Shown: one piece after another, positions 16,607 through 27,029 of the stretch
Numbering within the stretch: the stretch's first letter is position 1
Layout of the letters: every line of letters begins with the position of its first letter
Source of the DNA: Candidatus Latescibacterota bacterium
GTDB taxonomy: Bacteria > Latescibacterota > UBA2968
DNA: 64,000 bases
NCBI GenBank assembly: GCA_965222605.1
Contig: OZ244960.1
Location: 4,864,001-4,928,000, forward strand
Direction: 5' to 3'
Translations under genes and position numbers: made by a program
Notes under the pieces: generated by a model
What the model was told of the DNA's origin: nothing
The model's database searches: none
The model's input: the letters and a program-made list of their open reading frames with translations, nothing else

Positions 16607-17536
16607 ATGAGACGTATTTTTTGCATCCTGATTGTATTTGCATGGGTTGGCATGGCCAAAGCAGAGGTGCAGGTCGCGTTTCGCTTTGAGGCTGTTTTTG
16701 GCGAAATAGGAGGCGGCGATGGGCAGTTTCTCGATCCCGAGGGATTGACTCTGGATACGTCGGGCAATGTGTTTGTGGTGGATACCGGGAATGATCGCGT
16801 CCAAAAATTGTCTCCAACTGGCACCTTTTTGAGGGCAGTGGGGGGACCGGGCTGGGAAGATGGGCAATTTAATAAACCGGGTGGTATTGCCGCGAGCAAG
16901 GGGTTGGAGATTTATGTGGCTGATGGCCGAAATCGCCGCATTCAGGTGTTTAATCTCAATTTGCGTCTCCTATCTGTGATTGGTGGGGCGGATGCTGGTG
17001 GTTCTATGGATCTGGGTACGCTCAGTGGTATTGCCGTGTCGGATGCAGATGAGATTTTGGTGAGCGATATCGATGCCGATCAACTGGTGCAGATCGATAC
17101 GTATAGCCGCCTTGATCGCAGTTTTGGCGGATTTGGGTATGGGGCTGGCAATTTGCGGCGACCTTTGGGGATCGCAATAGAGGGGCGTGAGGTGGTTTAT
17201 GTTTGTGATAGTGAGAATGATAGGATCGCGGTGTTCGACAGGTTTGGCAATTTTAAAAAGACAATGGGTAAAGATATTTTATTGCAGCCCTCGGCGCTGT
17301 GCGTGGGGCCTGAGCGGACGTTGATCGTAGCGGATACAGGCCACCATCGCATTGTGGTGTTTGATCTCGATTCAGGCGGTGTTGCAGGCTCTTTAGGCGG
17401 TCCCGATCCGGGAAAGGGAGCGATGGCATTTCAGTTTCCTCGGGGTGTCGCGCTTGGACGCGCTGGCAGGTTGTTCGTCCTGGATTCGGGCAATGGGCGC
17501 ATTCAGAAGTTGCAATTGCAAGTTTCAAGGCGGTGA
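16607..17536 (+). CDS. Secreted NHL-repeat beta-propeller protein
   Basis: Signal peptide; repeated F..P.G....G.VYV.D.GN.RIQ units. Confidence 0.88.
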   Translation: MRRIFCILIVFAWVGMAKAEVQVAFRFEAVFGEIGGGDGQFLDPEGLTLDTSGNVFVVDTGNDRVQKLSPTGTFLRAVGGPGWEDGQFNKPGGIAASKGLEIYVADGRNRRIQVFNLNLRLLSVIGGADAGGSMDLGTLSGIAVSDADEILVSDIDADQLVQIDTYSRLDRSFGGFGYGAGNLRRPLGIAIEGREVVYVCDSENDRIAVFDRFGNFKKTMGKDILLQPSALCVGPERTLIVADTGHHRIVVFDLDSGGVAGSLGGPDPGKGAMAFQFPRGVALGRAGRLFVLDSGNGRIQKLQLQVSRR

Positions 17537-17583
17537 GTTGGAGGGTAAGAAGTCCGCCCAACTATCCATTAAAACAACAGGCC

Positions 17584-17619
17584 GGGATGTTCCGCGGGGC
17601 GGGATGTCCTATTTTTTTT
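17584..17619 (+). terminator. Intrinsic terminator
   Basis: GGGATGTTCCGC-GGG-GCGGGATGTCCC followed by a T-tract. Confidence 0.55.
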
Positions 17620-17637
17620 AGACGCAAGGGGTGAAAG

Positions 17638-20600
17638 GTGAGACGCGATACGCGAGAGATGAGTTTTAGCACCCTTTGTATCGCTCAGGGTATTGTACAT
17701 TTTTTATTATGTGTTGTGACGGCACACGCGCAGGTTCCCGTGCCAGAGCAGTTTACATTGTTTGATGGGGAACGGGTGTTTCAAGCGGATGGGAGCCGCG
17801 GACCTTTTGCGATTTCTGACCGTGCGATTGAGGTGGGGAGCGAACGGGTTTGGGTGGATGGGGTGTTGTTCATTCGGGACCGGGATTATGTGGTAGATGC
17901 CGATCGCGCGTTGCTGACGCTTTTGCGGGATGTTGCGCGGGGTGTGGAGATTGTGGTGCGTTTTAGACAGCGTCCTCTGGTGGCTGCGCCTGTGGTTCAG
18001 CGTCGCCAGTTTCAACCGGGGGAAGCCGGTGGTGACCAGCCGATTGTGCGTGTGTTTGCTCCACCTGTTGTGCGAGATAGGGATGAGGAGCAGAAATTGA
18101 CGATTGGCGGTCATAAGAGTATTTCTTTAACTGCAGGGTCTCAACACGCGGTTCATCAGGCTTTGCAGTTGCGTATTTCGGGCGAGGTTGCCGAGGGGGT
18201 CAATTTATTGGCCGTGCTGTCCGATCGCAATTTGCCAATAGGTGAGGGGGGTGGATCGAAGAGGTTGCAAGAATTGGATCGCGTGTTTTTTCAGGTTAAT
18301 GCCAATCAGGTGTCGGCTACGCTCGGCGATCTCGATGTGGCGTTTGACGGGACTGTGTTTGGGCGTTATCGAAGGCAGTTGCAGGGCGCGCGCGTGTTGG
18401 CTCATCGGGATAGGGGTCAGGTTGCGGCTTTTGGGGCGGTGTCGCGGGGGCGGTGGGAAACGCGGCGGCTGGTGACGGTTGAGGGGTTTCAGGGGCCTTA
18501 TTCATTGTCGGGTGGTGGGTTGAGGGGGCAAATTGTGCCAGAGTCCGAGCGGGTGTATCTCAATGGGCGGTTGCTCAAACGCGGAGATGGGGCAGATTAT
18601 ACGGTTGATTACGAGCGCGGGCATGTGGCGTTCACGCCTGAAATACCGATTGGGGTAGAGAGCCGCGTTATAGTGGAATATCAGGTGATTGATGCCGGTA
18701 TGAGAAGCCGGCTGATGGGTATAGAGTCCCGCGTGTCCCTCGCTGAGGGGGTGTCTGTGGGGACAACGCTGATTCGAGAGTCTGATCGTCCCGAATTATC
18801 GCCCGGGATAACTTCGGTGCATCGGCAGTTGGGGGTGGTGTACGCGACGTACACGCCGTGGTCAAATGCGCGTATTTCTGGGGAGTTTGCCCTGAGTGAT
18901 CGGGATATGGGAAGTGGGCGCGGGTTTCGCATGGATGGCGCGTGGAAAGCGCGCAATTTTGAAGTCACGGGTCGGTTTCGCCAGGTCGGAGCCAATTTTG
19001 AAGCATTTGAGAGATTGGACAGAGGGCGGGCTGCCGGACGATGGGGGTGGCAAGCCGATACTGCGCGAACCGCCCAACGCGAGGGCGAGATGGCTGTGCG
19101 TTGGGATTTGGGCAAGGCGTTTTTCGTTACCGGGGAATACGGACAGCATTTGGGTGCTGTGCTAACGGATCGGAAAAGTGTGGGGATTCACTCGCCCGTG
19201 GGGATGTACCGCTACGAGTCGCTCGGGCGCGGTAGTGGTGGGATGCGCCGGCACGAGGGGCAAGTCGAAGTGTCGGTGGGGGGTGTTGTGCCGGGGTTTC
19301 GTTTTTCGCTGGAAAATGGGGTGGGTGATGGGGTGGGGAGCAGTTCGCTTTTTTATGCCACACGTCCGCGCGTTTTGCCTCAGGGTATTGACAAACAGGA
19401 GTTGGTGTGGCACATGGGCGTTGGCGAAGGGCGAAATTGGTCGTGGGTATCGGAGTTGAAATATCGGAAGTTCAGGCAGCGAGAAACGGTGTGGCAGGAC
19501 AGTTTGCGCGGGTGGTTGCACACCCACAGGGCACAGATGACAAATTGGAAGGGCTGGATTTTTTCTGGTTCTTATACTCACGGAGAAATCCAGATCGGAC
19601 GCGAACATCAGCAGACGACACATCTGGGGCGCGTGCGGTTGGGGCATAATCGTCCTGGCTCGTCGCATCAGATAACGTATCGCGTTTCGAGTACGCGGGT
19701 CAGTCAGCCCATTTTTGTCGAGGTGGCGTCCGGGCTGGGGGAATATATTTGGAAGGATGCCAATGGCGATGGTTTGCGCGATGTGGAAGAGTTTGTGCCC
19801 GATGTCGATGGCAATTATGTGCGGGTTTATGATTATGGGCAGTTTGCCCCTGCACGCGATGGTGCGCTGGGCATGCGCGTGGAAATCGATTTTCGGCGTT
19901 TGATTGGAGATGAGCACATTTTGTCCGTTGTTGCGCTGGATGCGTCGTTGCGTGCGGAGCGGCAGATTGCGGTTGGGACAAAGCACGCGGCTCCCTGGGA
20001 TCTATTTGGCTTTGATGAAGATGCTGGGATTTTGGGTGCTCGCAGGGATGGACTGGTGCGTCTTTATTTGTTTCGGTATCACAGGCGTGGATCGCTGCGT
20101 TTGACTGCGCGCGTGCGCGATCAGGTCAATCGCGCTCTTTACGGGGGTGCTGCTGAAGTTTTTGTGCAGGGTGGTGCATTGGGAAAATTGAGACCTGTCA
20201 ATCGCCTTGAACTGGAGACGGAATTTGATCTGGGACACAGAGCGCGCGAAGGCGCGGGTGCTTTTGCCTATCGCATTGATGGGGCGAGTGGTGCGCTGCG
20301 CTGTGCGTTCAGGTCCGCGCATAAATGGTATTTGCGTTTGGGCGTTTTGAGCGGGCGAGATTGGGAACGCATCCGGGCGTTGCGCGTGTGGCATATCGGC
20401 GTCCAGCCAGAGGTGATTTACGCTTTGCCCGGTCGCGGGCGATTGCGCGGGCGATTGGATTGGACGCGGGTTTGGGCGACGGATATAACGCCCTTATTTT
20501 TGGGGTTGGCAAGGGGGAATCGCCAGGGGCAGAATTGGGCGTGGCGATTGGGGATGGATTACCGCTTTGGCAAATATGTATCGGCGCGGGTGATGTACGA

Positions 20601-20667
20601 TGGTCGCGTAAGGCCGGCTCGTCAGACCATACATCTCGGACGCGTGGAGATGCGGGCGGTGTTTTGA
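17638..20667 (+). CDS. Large outer-membrane beta-barrel-like hypothetical protein
   Basis: Signal peptide; SERVYLNG...DY.VDY..G motifs; amphipathic beta strands; C-terminal EMRAVF. Start may be ATG 17659. Confidence 0.75.
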   Translation: MRRDTREMSFSTLCIAQGIVHFLLCVVTAHAQVPVPEQFTLFDGERVFQADGSRGPFAISDRAIEVGSERVWVDGVLFIRDRDYVVDADRALLTLLRDVARGVEIVVRFRQRPLVAAPVVQRRQFQPGEAGGDQPIVRVFAPPVVRDRDEEQKLTIGGHKSISLTAGSQHAVHQALQLRISGEVAEGVNLLAVLSDRNLPIGEGGGSKRLQELDRVFFQVNANQVSATLGDLDVAFDGTVFGRYRRQLQGARVLAHRDRGQVAAFGAVSRGRWETRRLVTVEGFQGPYSLSGGGLRGQIVPESERVYLNGRLLKRGDGADYTVDYERGHVAFTPEIPIGVESRVIVEYQVIDAGMRSRLMGIESRVSLAEGVSVGTTLIRESDRPELSPGITSVHRQLGVVYATYTPWSNARISGEFALSDRDMGSGRGFRMDGAWKARNFEVTGRFRQVGANFEAFERLDRGRAAGRWGWQADTARTAQREGEMAVRWDLGKAFFVTGEYGQHLGAVLTDRKSVGIHSPVGMYRYESLGRGSGGMRRHEGQVEVSVGGVVPGFRFSLENGVGDGVGSSSLFYATRPRVLPQGIDKQELVWHMGVGEGRNWSWVSELKYRKFRQRETVWQDSLRGWLHTHRAQMTNWKGWIFSGSYTHGEIQIGREHQQTTHLGRVRLGHNRPGSSHQITYRVSSTRVSQPIFVEVASGLGEYIWKDANGDGLRDVEEFVPDVDGNYVRVYDYGQFAPARDGALGMRVEIDFRRLIGDEHILSVVALDASLRAERQIAVGTKHAAPWDLFGFDEDAGILGARRDGLVRLYLFRYHRRGSLRLTARVRDQVNRALYGGAAEVFVQGGALGKLRPVNRLELETEFDLGHRAREGAGAFAYRIDGASGALRCAFRSAHKWYLRLGVLSGRDWERIRALRVWHIGVQPEVIYALPGRGRLRGRLDWTRVWATDITPLFLGLARGNRQGQNWAWRLGMDYRFGKYVSARVMYDGRVRPARQTIHLGRVEMRAVF

Positions 20668-20718
20668 TAAGTGTGAAGTTTGAAGTGAGAAGGATGAAGG
20701 AGAAAGAAAAAATCAAGT

Positions 20719-20748
20719 GTAGGGGCGGTGCCCCTGTGCCCGCCCGTC
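20719..20748 (+). repeat. REP-like GTAG palindrome
   Basis: GTAGGGGCGGTGCCCCTGTGCCCGCCCGTC; related to the element at 59311-59340 (minus strand). Confidence 0.6.
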
Positions 20749-20765
20749 GTCGTGCAAAGGTGCAG

Positions 20766-22427
20766 ATGAATACAGATGCGTACATAAAAGTGTGGCGATG
20801 CTTGCTTCTTGCGTTGTGGATGATCTGTGTCGTGTCCAACGCAGGGGGAGAGGTGCGTGCGATTGTGAAGCGCGTGCAGGTTGAAGGTGCGCGGTCTGTA
20901 AGTGCGCGCGATGTGCGGGGGTGGTTGGTTACGCGGGCGGGTGTTGCGGTGGATTCGGCGTTGTTGCGAAAGGATGTTCACCGCATTTTGAAGGGGTATC
21001 AGGCGCGTGGATTCTGGCATGTGTCGGTGGCTTTTCCCAGGGTTGCTATACGTGGGGACGACGCTGCGGTGGCTTTTGCAATTGTTGAAGGGGCGCGGAC
21101 GCGGGTCGCGTCTGTGGAGATAAAGGGTGATCTGGTCTTTGATCCATCGGAGGCTTTTGGCCTGGCGCGGGGTATGGTGTTGATCGAAAGCGATTTGGAC
21201 CAGCGGTTGGATCACCTGTTGCGTTTTTATGAAGACCGGGGCTATCCGTTTTGCGCGTTGCGTCCAGATGTGCGATTTGATAGTGATGGCGCGCGCGTGC
21301 AGGTGGTGGTGTCACCTGGTCCTCTGGTGCATGTCGATGTGGTGCGCTTTGAGGGCAATCAAACGACGCGGGAAGATGTTTTGTTGCGGCATATTTCGTT
21401 TGTTGTGGGGGAAGTTTATGACCAGCGGCGCGTGGATGCTTTTGTGAGGCAGTTGCAAAATTTGCCGTTTATTGACCGGGTTTATACGCCTGAACTCGTA
21501 TCTACCGGTGATGAGATGGCGCTTGTGATCGGTGTGGAGGAGTCGCGCCACACGCGTATTGAAGGGGTGTTCGGTGTGGGTTCCGGGCAGGGTTTGACCG
21601 GGGAGATCGCGCTCGATGTTTTGAATTTTTCCGGTGGGGGGCGAGAGGGTTACGCGCTGTGGTCGCGGCGGGGGGTGGGTTTGTCGAATTTGCGGGTTTC
21701 GTATCGCGAGCCTTATGTGTTAAATAGTCCGCTTTCCGGTTGGGGTGAAGTGGAAATGGTTGCGCGCACGGGGTACGTGACGCACAAGTTTGGGGGAGGT
21801 GCTGATGTTTCTGTGGGGGAGGGCACGCGATTTTTTGGCGGTGTTGTACACAGGCGCGTTTTGCCCGATTCCTCGGGGTTGGGATTTTTCGAGGCCGAGA
21901 GGATGTGGTCTCTCGAGTCAGGTGTTCGGTTTGGTCGGCGAGAGGGTGCTATGAGCGGCTGGCAGGCGGAGATCAGGGGAGAGGTTGGCGAGGTTTCAGA
22001 TGGGATCAGGCGCGTGCAGTGGGGTGTTGATGGGCAGGTGTTTTTGCCTGTGGGCAAGCAGTCTGTTATTGCGGGACGGGCGCGCGCTTTTTGGGTGGGG
22101 CAGAAGGGGGATGTGCCGCAGACTGCCGGTATCTGGCTGGGGGGGGCGCAATCGCTGCGGGGCTATCGGGAAGAGATGTTTTGGGGAACGAATGCGGGGT
22201 GGGTCAATGTGGAATGGCGGTGGTTGTTGGATCCGAAGGCGCGGCTTTTTGCATTTGTCGATGCGGGAAGGATTGAGGGGGCAGGGACGCGTTCATGGCC
22301 CGTGTCCTATGGCGTGGGGCTTTTGGCAAATGGACGGATGGGCGCGGTTGGGATAGATTATGGATTGCCACGGGGTGAGAGCCTGGGGCAGGGCATGGTG
22401 CATGTGCGGATGATCAGCGCGTTTTAG
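20766..22427 (+). CDS. Omp85/BamA-TamA family protein with POTRA domains
   Basis: POTRA motifs (Y...GF, FYEDRGYPF, FEGN.TT...LLR); LGG..SLRGY; C-terminal F. Confidence 0.85.
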   Translation: MNTDAYIKVWRCLLLALWMICVVSNAGGEVRAIVKRVQVEGARSVSARDVRGWLVTRAGVAVDSALLRKDVHRILKGYQARGFWHVSVAFPRVAIRGDDAAVAFAIVEGARTRVASVEIKGDLVFDPSEAFGLARGMVLIESDLDQRLDHLLRFYEDRGYPFCALRPDVRFDSDGARVQVVVSPGPLVHVDVVRFEGNQTTREDVLLRHISFVVGEVYDQRRVDAFVRQLQNLPFIDRVYTPELVSTGDEMALVIGVEESRHTRIEGVFGVGSGQGLTGEIALDVLNFSGGGREGYALWSRRGVGLSNLRVSYREPYVLNSPLSGWGEVEMVARTGYVTHKFGGGADVSVGEGTRFFGGVVHRRVLPDSSGLGFFEAERMWSLESGVRFGRREGAMSGWQAEIRGEVGEVSDGIRRVQWGVDGQVFLPVGKQSVIAGRARAFWVGQKGDVPQTAGIWLGGAQSLRGYREEMFWGTNAGWVNVEWRWLLDPKARLFAFVDAGRIEGAGTRSWPVSYGVGLLANGRMGAVGIDYGLPRGESLGQGMVHVRMISAF

Positions 22428-22505
22428 TTTGTGTGACACCTGCGCGCGGAGTATATTCTGAGGCGCAAAAATTCGTATGCAATTATCATTCACGAGGAGA
22501 GTTTT

Positions 22506-23975
22506 ATGTTGAGCAGGATTCGCAGTGTGATGCTGGTCGTTCTCGCCGCGGGTTTCATGTGGGGCTGTGGTGGCGAGCGCGGGATGGAGTCTTCCGAGGT
22601 GGAGGAGCAGATTGGACGCCCGCTGAGCAAAATAGCTGTAGCGGATGGGAGTGTGTCTCAGGCGATGGTGGTAGCGACTATGTCGCAAGATGACGCGCCT
22701 GTAGCGGGTGTAATGGTCGAGTTTGCGCGTTCTATTGCCGGGGAGGCACCCGATTATCAGTGGTCGGAGCTGACGGATGAGATGGGGCGCGTCACGGTGG
22801 AGATATCCGGTCAGGCGAGTGGTTATTATCAGGCGCGCGCGTCTTGGGATGGCTCTGTGATGGGGCGTTGGTCGAGTATCCCGATCAATGGGGGCTATAC
22901 GTCGATGGTTGCGTTGCCCATTGGTGGGAAGGCGCGGGTGACGGGTACATCTGAACTCATATCAGTTGGCATTGTCGTGTCTAAAACAGGACGGTTATCC
23001 GCGATTGGACAGAGGTTTATCAATGGCTTTGAAATGGCTCGCGAAGAGGTGAACTCACAACTGGGCAATGCGAGTTTGAGGTTTATTGTCGAGGATGACC
23101 AGAGCACAATAGAAGGTGCTAAGGCAGCGTACAATAAACTCATTCAAGATGGCGTGCCAGCCATTCTCGGTGTTTATACTTCTACCATGGTGCGCGCGGT
23201 ATTTCCCATTGCGCAGGAAAATGAGATTGTGGCGATTAGTCCTACCTCGGCCGCACGCGGCCTCAGCGCGATTGGCGATTTTGTTTTTCGCGTTAGCCTT
23301 ACCGTTGATGCGTTGATCCCGGGCAGTGTAAAACTGACTCGAGAAAAATTGGGCTATGAGCGCGTGGTCACGATGTTTGATCGCATTGATGTTTTTTCGC
23401 CAAGCAGCGACGCGGTGTTGAAGCAGGCCTTTAGTGAGAATGGGGTCGAGGTTTTGGCCTCGGAGACTTTTGAAACCGGCGAGACGGATTTTTCCGAGCA
23501 ATTTTCTCGGCTTGTGGCGCTGAATCCAGATGCTATTTTTGTTTCAGCTTTGCCAGCAGAGAGGGTCGTGGCTCTGACTGAGGGGCAGCAGTACGGCATT
23601 CCAATTCTGATTCCTCTGCTCACCCTGAGTGAGGTAGAACGCGCTGGGGAGGCTGCTGAAGGGGCAATTAGTTTTACGTCGTGGAGCAGCACGGCCGATA
23701 TACCTGACAACCGCGCCTTTGTTGAGAATTATAGGGCGAAATACGGTGCCGAGCCGAGCCGATACGCGGCCATGTCCTACGCGACGGTTCATATTTTGGC
23801 AAAAGCTATTGCAGATGCCCAGTCCTCCGATCCGCGTGCGATTCGGGACGCGCTGGCTCAAATCGAGAATTTGGATACGATTTTGGGCTCGTTTTCATTT
23901 GACGCCAATGGAGATGCGATTTACGATCCGGCGGTTCTGATTGTTAAGGATGGTAAATTTGAGGTTTTTGAGTGA
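22506..23975 (+). CDS. Lipoprotein: Ig-like N-terminal module + branched-chain amino acid ABC substrate-binding domain
   Basis: Lipobox (MWGC); LivJ-like domain from ISVGIVVSKTG; EDDQST; GDFVFR; G.FSFD.NGD. Confidence 0.85.
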   Translation: MLSRIRSVMLVVLAAGFMWGCGGERGMESSEVEEQIGRPLSKIAVADGSVSQAMVVATMSQDDAPVAGVMVEFARSIAGEAPDYQWSELTDEMGRVTVEISGQASGYYQARASWDGSVMGRWSSIPINGGYTSMVALPIGGKARVTGTSELISVGIVVSKTGRLSAIGQRFINGFEMAREEVNSQLGNASLRFIVEDDQSTIEGAKAAYNKLIQDGVPAILGVYTSTMVRAVFPIAQENEIVAISPTSAARGLSAIGDFVFRVSLTVDALIPGSVKLTREKLGYERVVTMFDRIDVFSPSSDAVLKQAFSENGVEVLASETFETGETDFSEQFSRLVALNPDAIFVSALPAERVVALTEGQQYGIPILIPLLTLSEVERAGEAAEGAISFTSWSSTADIPDNRAFVENYRAKYGAEPSRYAAMSYATVHILAKAIADAQSSDPRAIRDALAQIENLDTILGSFSFDANGDAIYDPAVLIVKDGKFEVFE

Positions 23976-24007
23976 TGTGGGGGAGGCTCGTTTGTGCAGA
24001 TAGCATG

Positions 24008-24043
24008 AAAGAAGGGCGCGTTTTAAACGCGCCCTTTTTATTT
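24008..24043. terminator. Bidirectional intrinsic terminator
   Basis: AAAGAAGGGCGCGTTTTAAACGCGCCCTTTTT between convergent genes. Confidence 0.8.
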
Positions 24044-24057
24044 GTGGTCAGTGGGTT

Positions 24058-24876
24058 TTAAAAAAAGGGAAAAAGTTTTGGGATATTGTCGTCTGTGAGT
24101 GCGCTGCCGTATTCACAGCCTTCATAAGCTTCGGCATATTGGACTTTTGAGCCGCGTTCTTGACCGTAGTATTTGATCAATAGATCGCGATATCGATCGG
24201 CTACGGTGCGAAATTGATTGAGGCGATGCCGCAACCATTCGCGGCGGTTTTGCGGCGATTCGGGTACCTGGTCGAGGTGGCCCGCGTTGAAGGGCAACCA
24301 TTCGTACATTTGCGATGTGTGGCAGTGTAGCATGTCGAGTTTTTTTTCGATGACATCGTCAATAGCTATAACGACATCTGGAGAAAAAGGTTGCGGTTTT
24401 TTGAAGTTGTCGCTCAGGTAGGCGATGACGGGGTTGTACGACAGGGCGGGTGTGTCTGTGCAGATGTTGGGTACGGTGACCATGTATGCCGAGTCCTGTA
24501 CGAGGATGGATGTATAGCGGTGATCGGGGTGGTAGTCATTGGGGCGATGAGTCAGGATGAGGTCCGGCGTATAGTTGCGAATCAGGCGGATGATTTTTTT
24601 CCGATTTTCAAGGGTGGGTTCAAGCTCGCCGTCGTGGTTGTCGAGTACGCGGTATTCAATGCCCGCAACTGCACCTGCTGCCTGGGCTTCGGCGCGGCGA
24701 TGACGGGCGAGTTCAACGCCGCCAATTTCGTGATGGCCCGCGTCGCCATTGGTGACAGAGACAAATTTTACTTCGTGCCCGAGGTTCGCATATTTGATGG
24801 CGATGCCGCCCGCTTTGATATCGCAATCGTCGGGGTGGGCACCAAAGACAATGATTTTTAGTGGTTTGTTATTCAT
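24058..24876 (-). CDS. PIG-L family deacetylase
   Basis: GAHPDD and DYHPDH motifs. Confidence 0.92.
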   Translation of the reverse strand: MNNKPLKIIVFGAHPDDCDIKAGGIAIKYANLGHEVKFVSVTNGDAGHHEIGGVELARHRRAEAQAAGAVAGIEYRVLDNHDGELEPTLENRKKIIRLIRNYTPDLILTHRPNDYHPDHRYTSILVQDSAYMVTVPNICTDTPALSYNPVIAYLSDNFKKPQPFSPDVVIAIDDVIEKKLDMLHCHTSQMYEWLPFNAGHLDQVPESPQNRREWLRHRLNQFRTVADRYRDLLIKYYGQERGSKVQYAEAYEGCEYGSALTDDNIPKLFPFF

Positions 24877-24885
24877 GGTGATTCC

Positions 24886-26070
24886 TCAATTAAATGGGTT
24901 TTCGTTTTTTGCATGCAGGCGATAGAGGCCCACACCACAGGCGAGTGCGCCGAGGCAAAATAATACGGAGATGCCAAAGGGCCAGATGGGACCCCAGTCG
25001 ATGAGCTTTCCTCCACCGAGGCTGCCAGAGAGCATGCCCAGGCTCCAGGCGAGGTGGGCTGCGCCAACGACGCGGCCTTTTTCGTCTTCGCGAGCGATCA
25101 ATTGTATGAGGCCCGGCATGGTGGTCGAAAGAGACCAGGCCGAAGCGGTTGCGAGAATGCCAAAGACGTAGATGCCAGTAAGGGTGTGCGCGGTCAGGGC
25201 GAGGCCGAGGGCACTGATGGCGACGAGCGACGCGGATACGAGGATGGGACGCCAGCGCCCGATGCGGTCGCAAAGCCGACCGGTGAGTACCTGAAAACAA
25301 GCTGCAATGGCCAGGCTGATGGCGCTATAGGTTGTGGCTGCGGTGCTGGTGCCCGCAATGCGAAAAATGAGCAGGGGCAAGAGCAAGGTGACAGCACCCC
25401 AATAGCTGGTGGGCAGGTAGCGAATGCCCAACAGGAAGCACACGTCAAGACGGCGGAACAGTTGAATGAATGCGGACAGGTTGCGACCATTGTCAGCAGT
25501 TTTTGGCGAGGGAATCGCGGGGAGGATCAGGATGCTCATCAGGACGACCACTACCCCTGCAAGTGTGATGCAAAAACCGAGGGTTTGAAATCCAAATGTA
25601 TCGGCGATGGGGCCAGAGAGAAGGTTTCCGGAAGCGGATCCGAGGGTGTTGCCGAGGAAATAACCAGCCGATGCGATGCCGATAACAGACGATGGGGCTG
25701 CGCTGATCAAATAGCTTTGCCCTCCGGCGCTGTTAAATCCAGATGAGATGCCAATGCCGGTACACAGGGCAGTCAGGAGGAACGGATCGCCGCTGAAGAA
25801 AATAACTCCGGCGAGGATAGGTCCCAAAGTACCGAGGACGTAAACGGGTTTGACGCCCCAGGTATCGGCAAGGCGGCCCGCAGGTACGGCAAAGACACCG
25901 CCTAAAATGAGAAATGCCGCGCGCAATCCCCCAGAAAAGAGGGGCGTGCCGAGGAGGTCTGCTTCGACATATACGGGCAAGAGTGTGTTGAGGGGGGCAG
26001 AGACAAAGCTGCTAAAAAAAGAGACAATAAGCAGGGCGATGAAACGGCGATTGAGGAGTTCGGAGTACAT
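24886..26070 (-). CDS. MFS transporter
   Basis: About 12 TM segments; GRLADTWG and GRLCDRIGR motifs. Confidence 0.9.
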   Translation of the reverse strand: MYSELLNRRFIALLIVSFFSSFVSAPLNTLLPVYVEADLLGTPLFSGGLRAAFLILGGVFAVPAGRLADTWGVKPVYVLGTLGPILAGVIFFSGDPFLLTALCTGIGISSGFNSAGGQSYLISAAPSSVIGIASAGYFLGNTLGSASGNLLSGPIADTFGFQTLGFCITLAGVVVVLMSILILPAIPSPKTADNGRNLSAFIQLFRRLDVCFLLGIRYLPTSYWGAVTLLLPLLIFRIAGTSTAATTYSAISLAIAACFQVLTGRLCDRIGRWRPILVSASLVAISALGLALTAHTLTGIYVFGILATASAWSLSTTMPGLIQLIAREDEKGRVVGAAHLAWSLGMLSGSLGGGKLIDWGPIWPFGISVLFCLGALACGVGLYRLHAKNENPFN

Positions 26071-26169
26071 TTTTTTATTTTTTTGTTTTCGCCCTTGACT
26101 CTCCAGTTACTGGAAGGTGTATATTGTCCGTTGAAGGCCTTCAAACATCCGTATCACATGGAGGAATCC

Positions 26170-26973
26170 ATGCTCAAAATAGGAGAATTTTCCAGGCTCG
26201 TTGACGTGCCGGTCAAGACGTTGCGCTACTACGACGAAATCGGTTTGTTCAAATCCGATCACATCGATGAGCAAACCGGCTACCGCTTTTACTCTTTTGA
26301 GCAACTCCCGCGGCTCAATCGCCTGCTGGCTCTCAAAGACCTGGGCCTGTCTCTAAGCCAGATTGATCAAATGCTGCAAGAAAATCTTTCGGCTGATCAA
26401 CTTCGCGGTATGCTTTTGCAGAAACAGGTCGAACTCGAAGATTTGGCGAGAGATATCCAGGAACGTGTTGCCCGCGTGGAAGCCCGATTGGGTCTTATCG
26501 AAATGGAGGATAAAATGCCAGATTATGAAGTTGTCATTAAAACAGTTGAACCGGTTCTGGTTGCTTCCAGGCAAGGAGCCATTCCCCACTTTGCAGCCAT
26601 CGGCTCTGTGATGGATCGTCTGTACAATGCGGTTGTCGCCCATATTGTGAAACACAAGGGACAGTTTGCGGGACCGGGCATTACGGTATGGCATGAAAAT
26701 TTCAAACCCGAGGCAAGCATACCGATTAAAAAAACCATACCAGAAGGTGATGATGTCAAGATCCACGAGTTGCCGGGTGATCAAATGGCGTGCCTGGCGC
26801 ATCACGGAGGCTTTGAAGGTTTTCCGCAGGCCTATCAAGCGGGCCTTCAATGGATTGAGATCAACGGCTATGAGATCACCGGACCGAACCGGGAAGTGTA
26901 TTTGCAATTTAGACCCGATGGCAATCCGAAGGATTATGTGACGGAAATACAGTTTCCCGTGGCAAAAGTATAA
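26170..26973 (+). CDS. MerR-family regulator with GyrI-like effector domain
   Basis: KIGEFSRL..V.VKTLRYYDEIGL...GYRFY; C-terminal W...NGY...GP.REVY...TEIQFPV. Confidence 0.92.
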   Translation: MLKIGEFSRLVDVPVKTLRYYDEIGLFKSDHIDEQTGYRFYSFEQLPRLNRLLALKDLGLSLSQIDQMLQENLSADQLRGMLLQKQVELEDLARDIQERVARVEARLGLIEMEDKMPDYEVVIKTVEPVLVASRQGAIPHFAAIGSVMDRLYNAVVAHIVKHKGQFAGPGITVWHENFKPEASIPIKKTIPEGDDVKIHELPGDQMACLAHHGGFEGFPQAYQAGLQWIEINGYEITGPNREVYLQFRPDGNPKDYVTEIQFPVAKV

Positions 26974-26993
26974 GTTTGAGCGTCTGACAAGGG

Positions 26994-27029
26994 AAATACC
27001 GGGATGGTTTTGTGTCCCGGTATTTTTTT
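26994..27029. terminator. Intrinsic terminator
   Basis: AAATACCGGGA...TCCCGGTATTTTTT. Confidence 0.75.

Noticed and set aside
20325-20765. N-terminal 147 aa of the Omp85 ORF
   Set aside because: Overlaps the upstream CDS and a REP-like element; a signal-peptide-like start fits ATG 20766.
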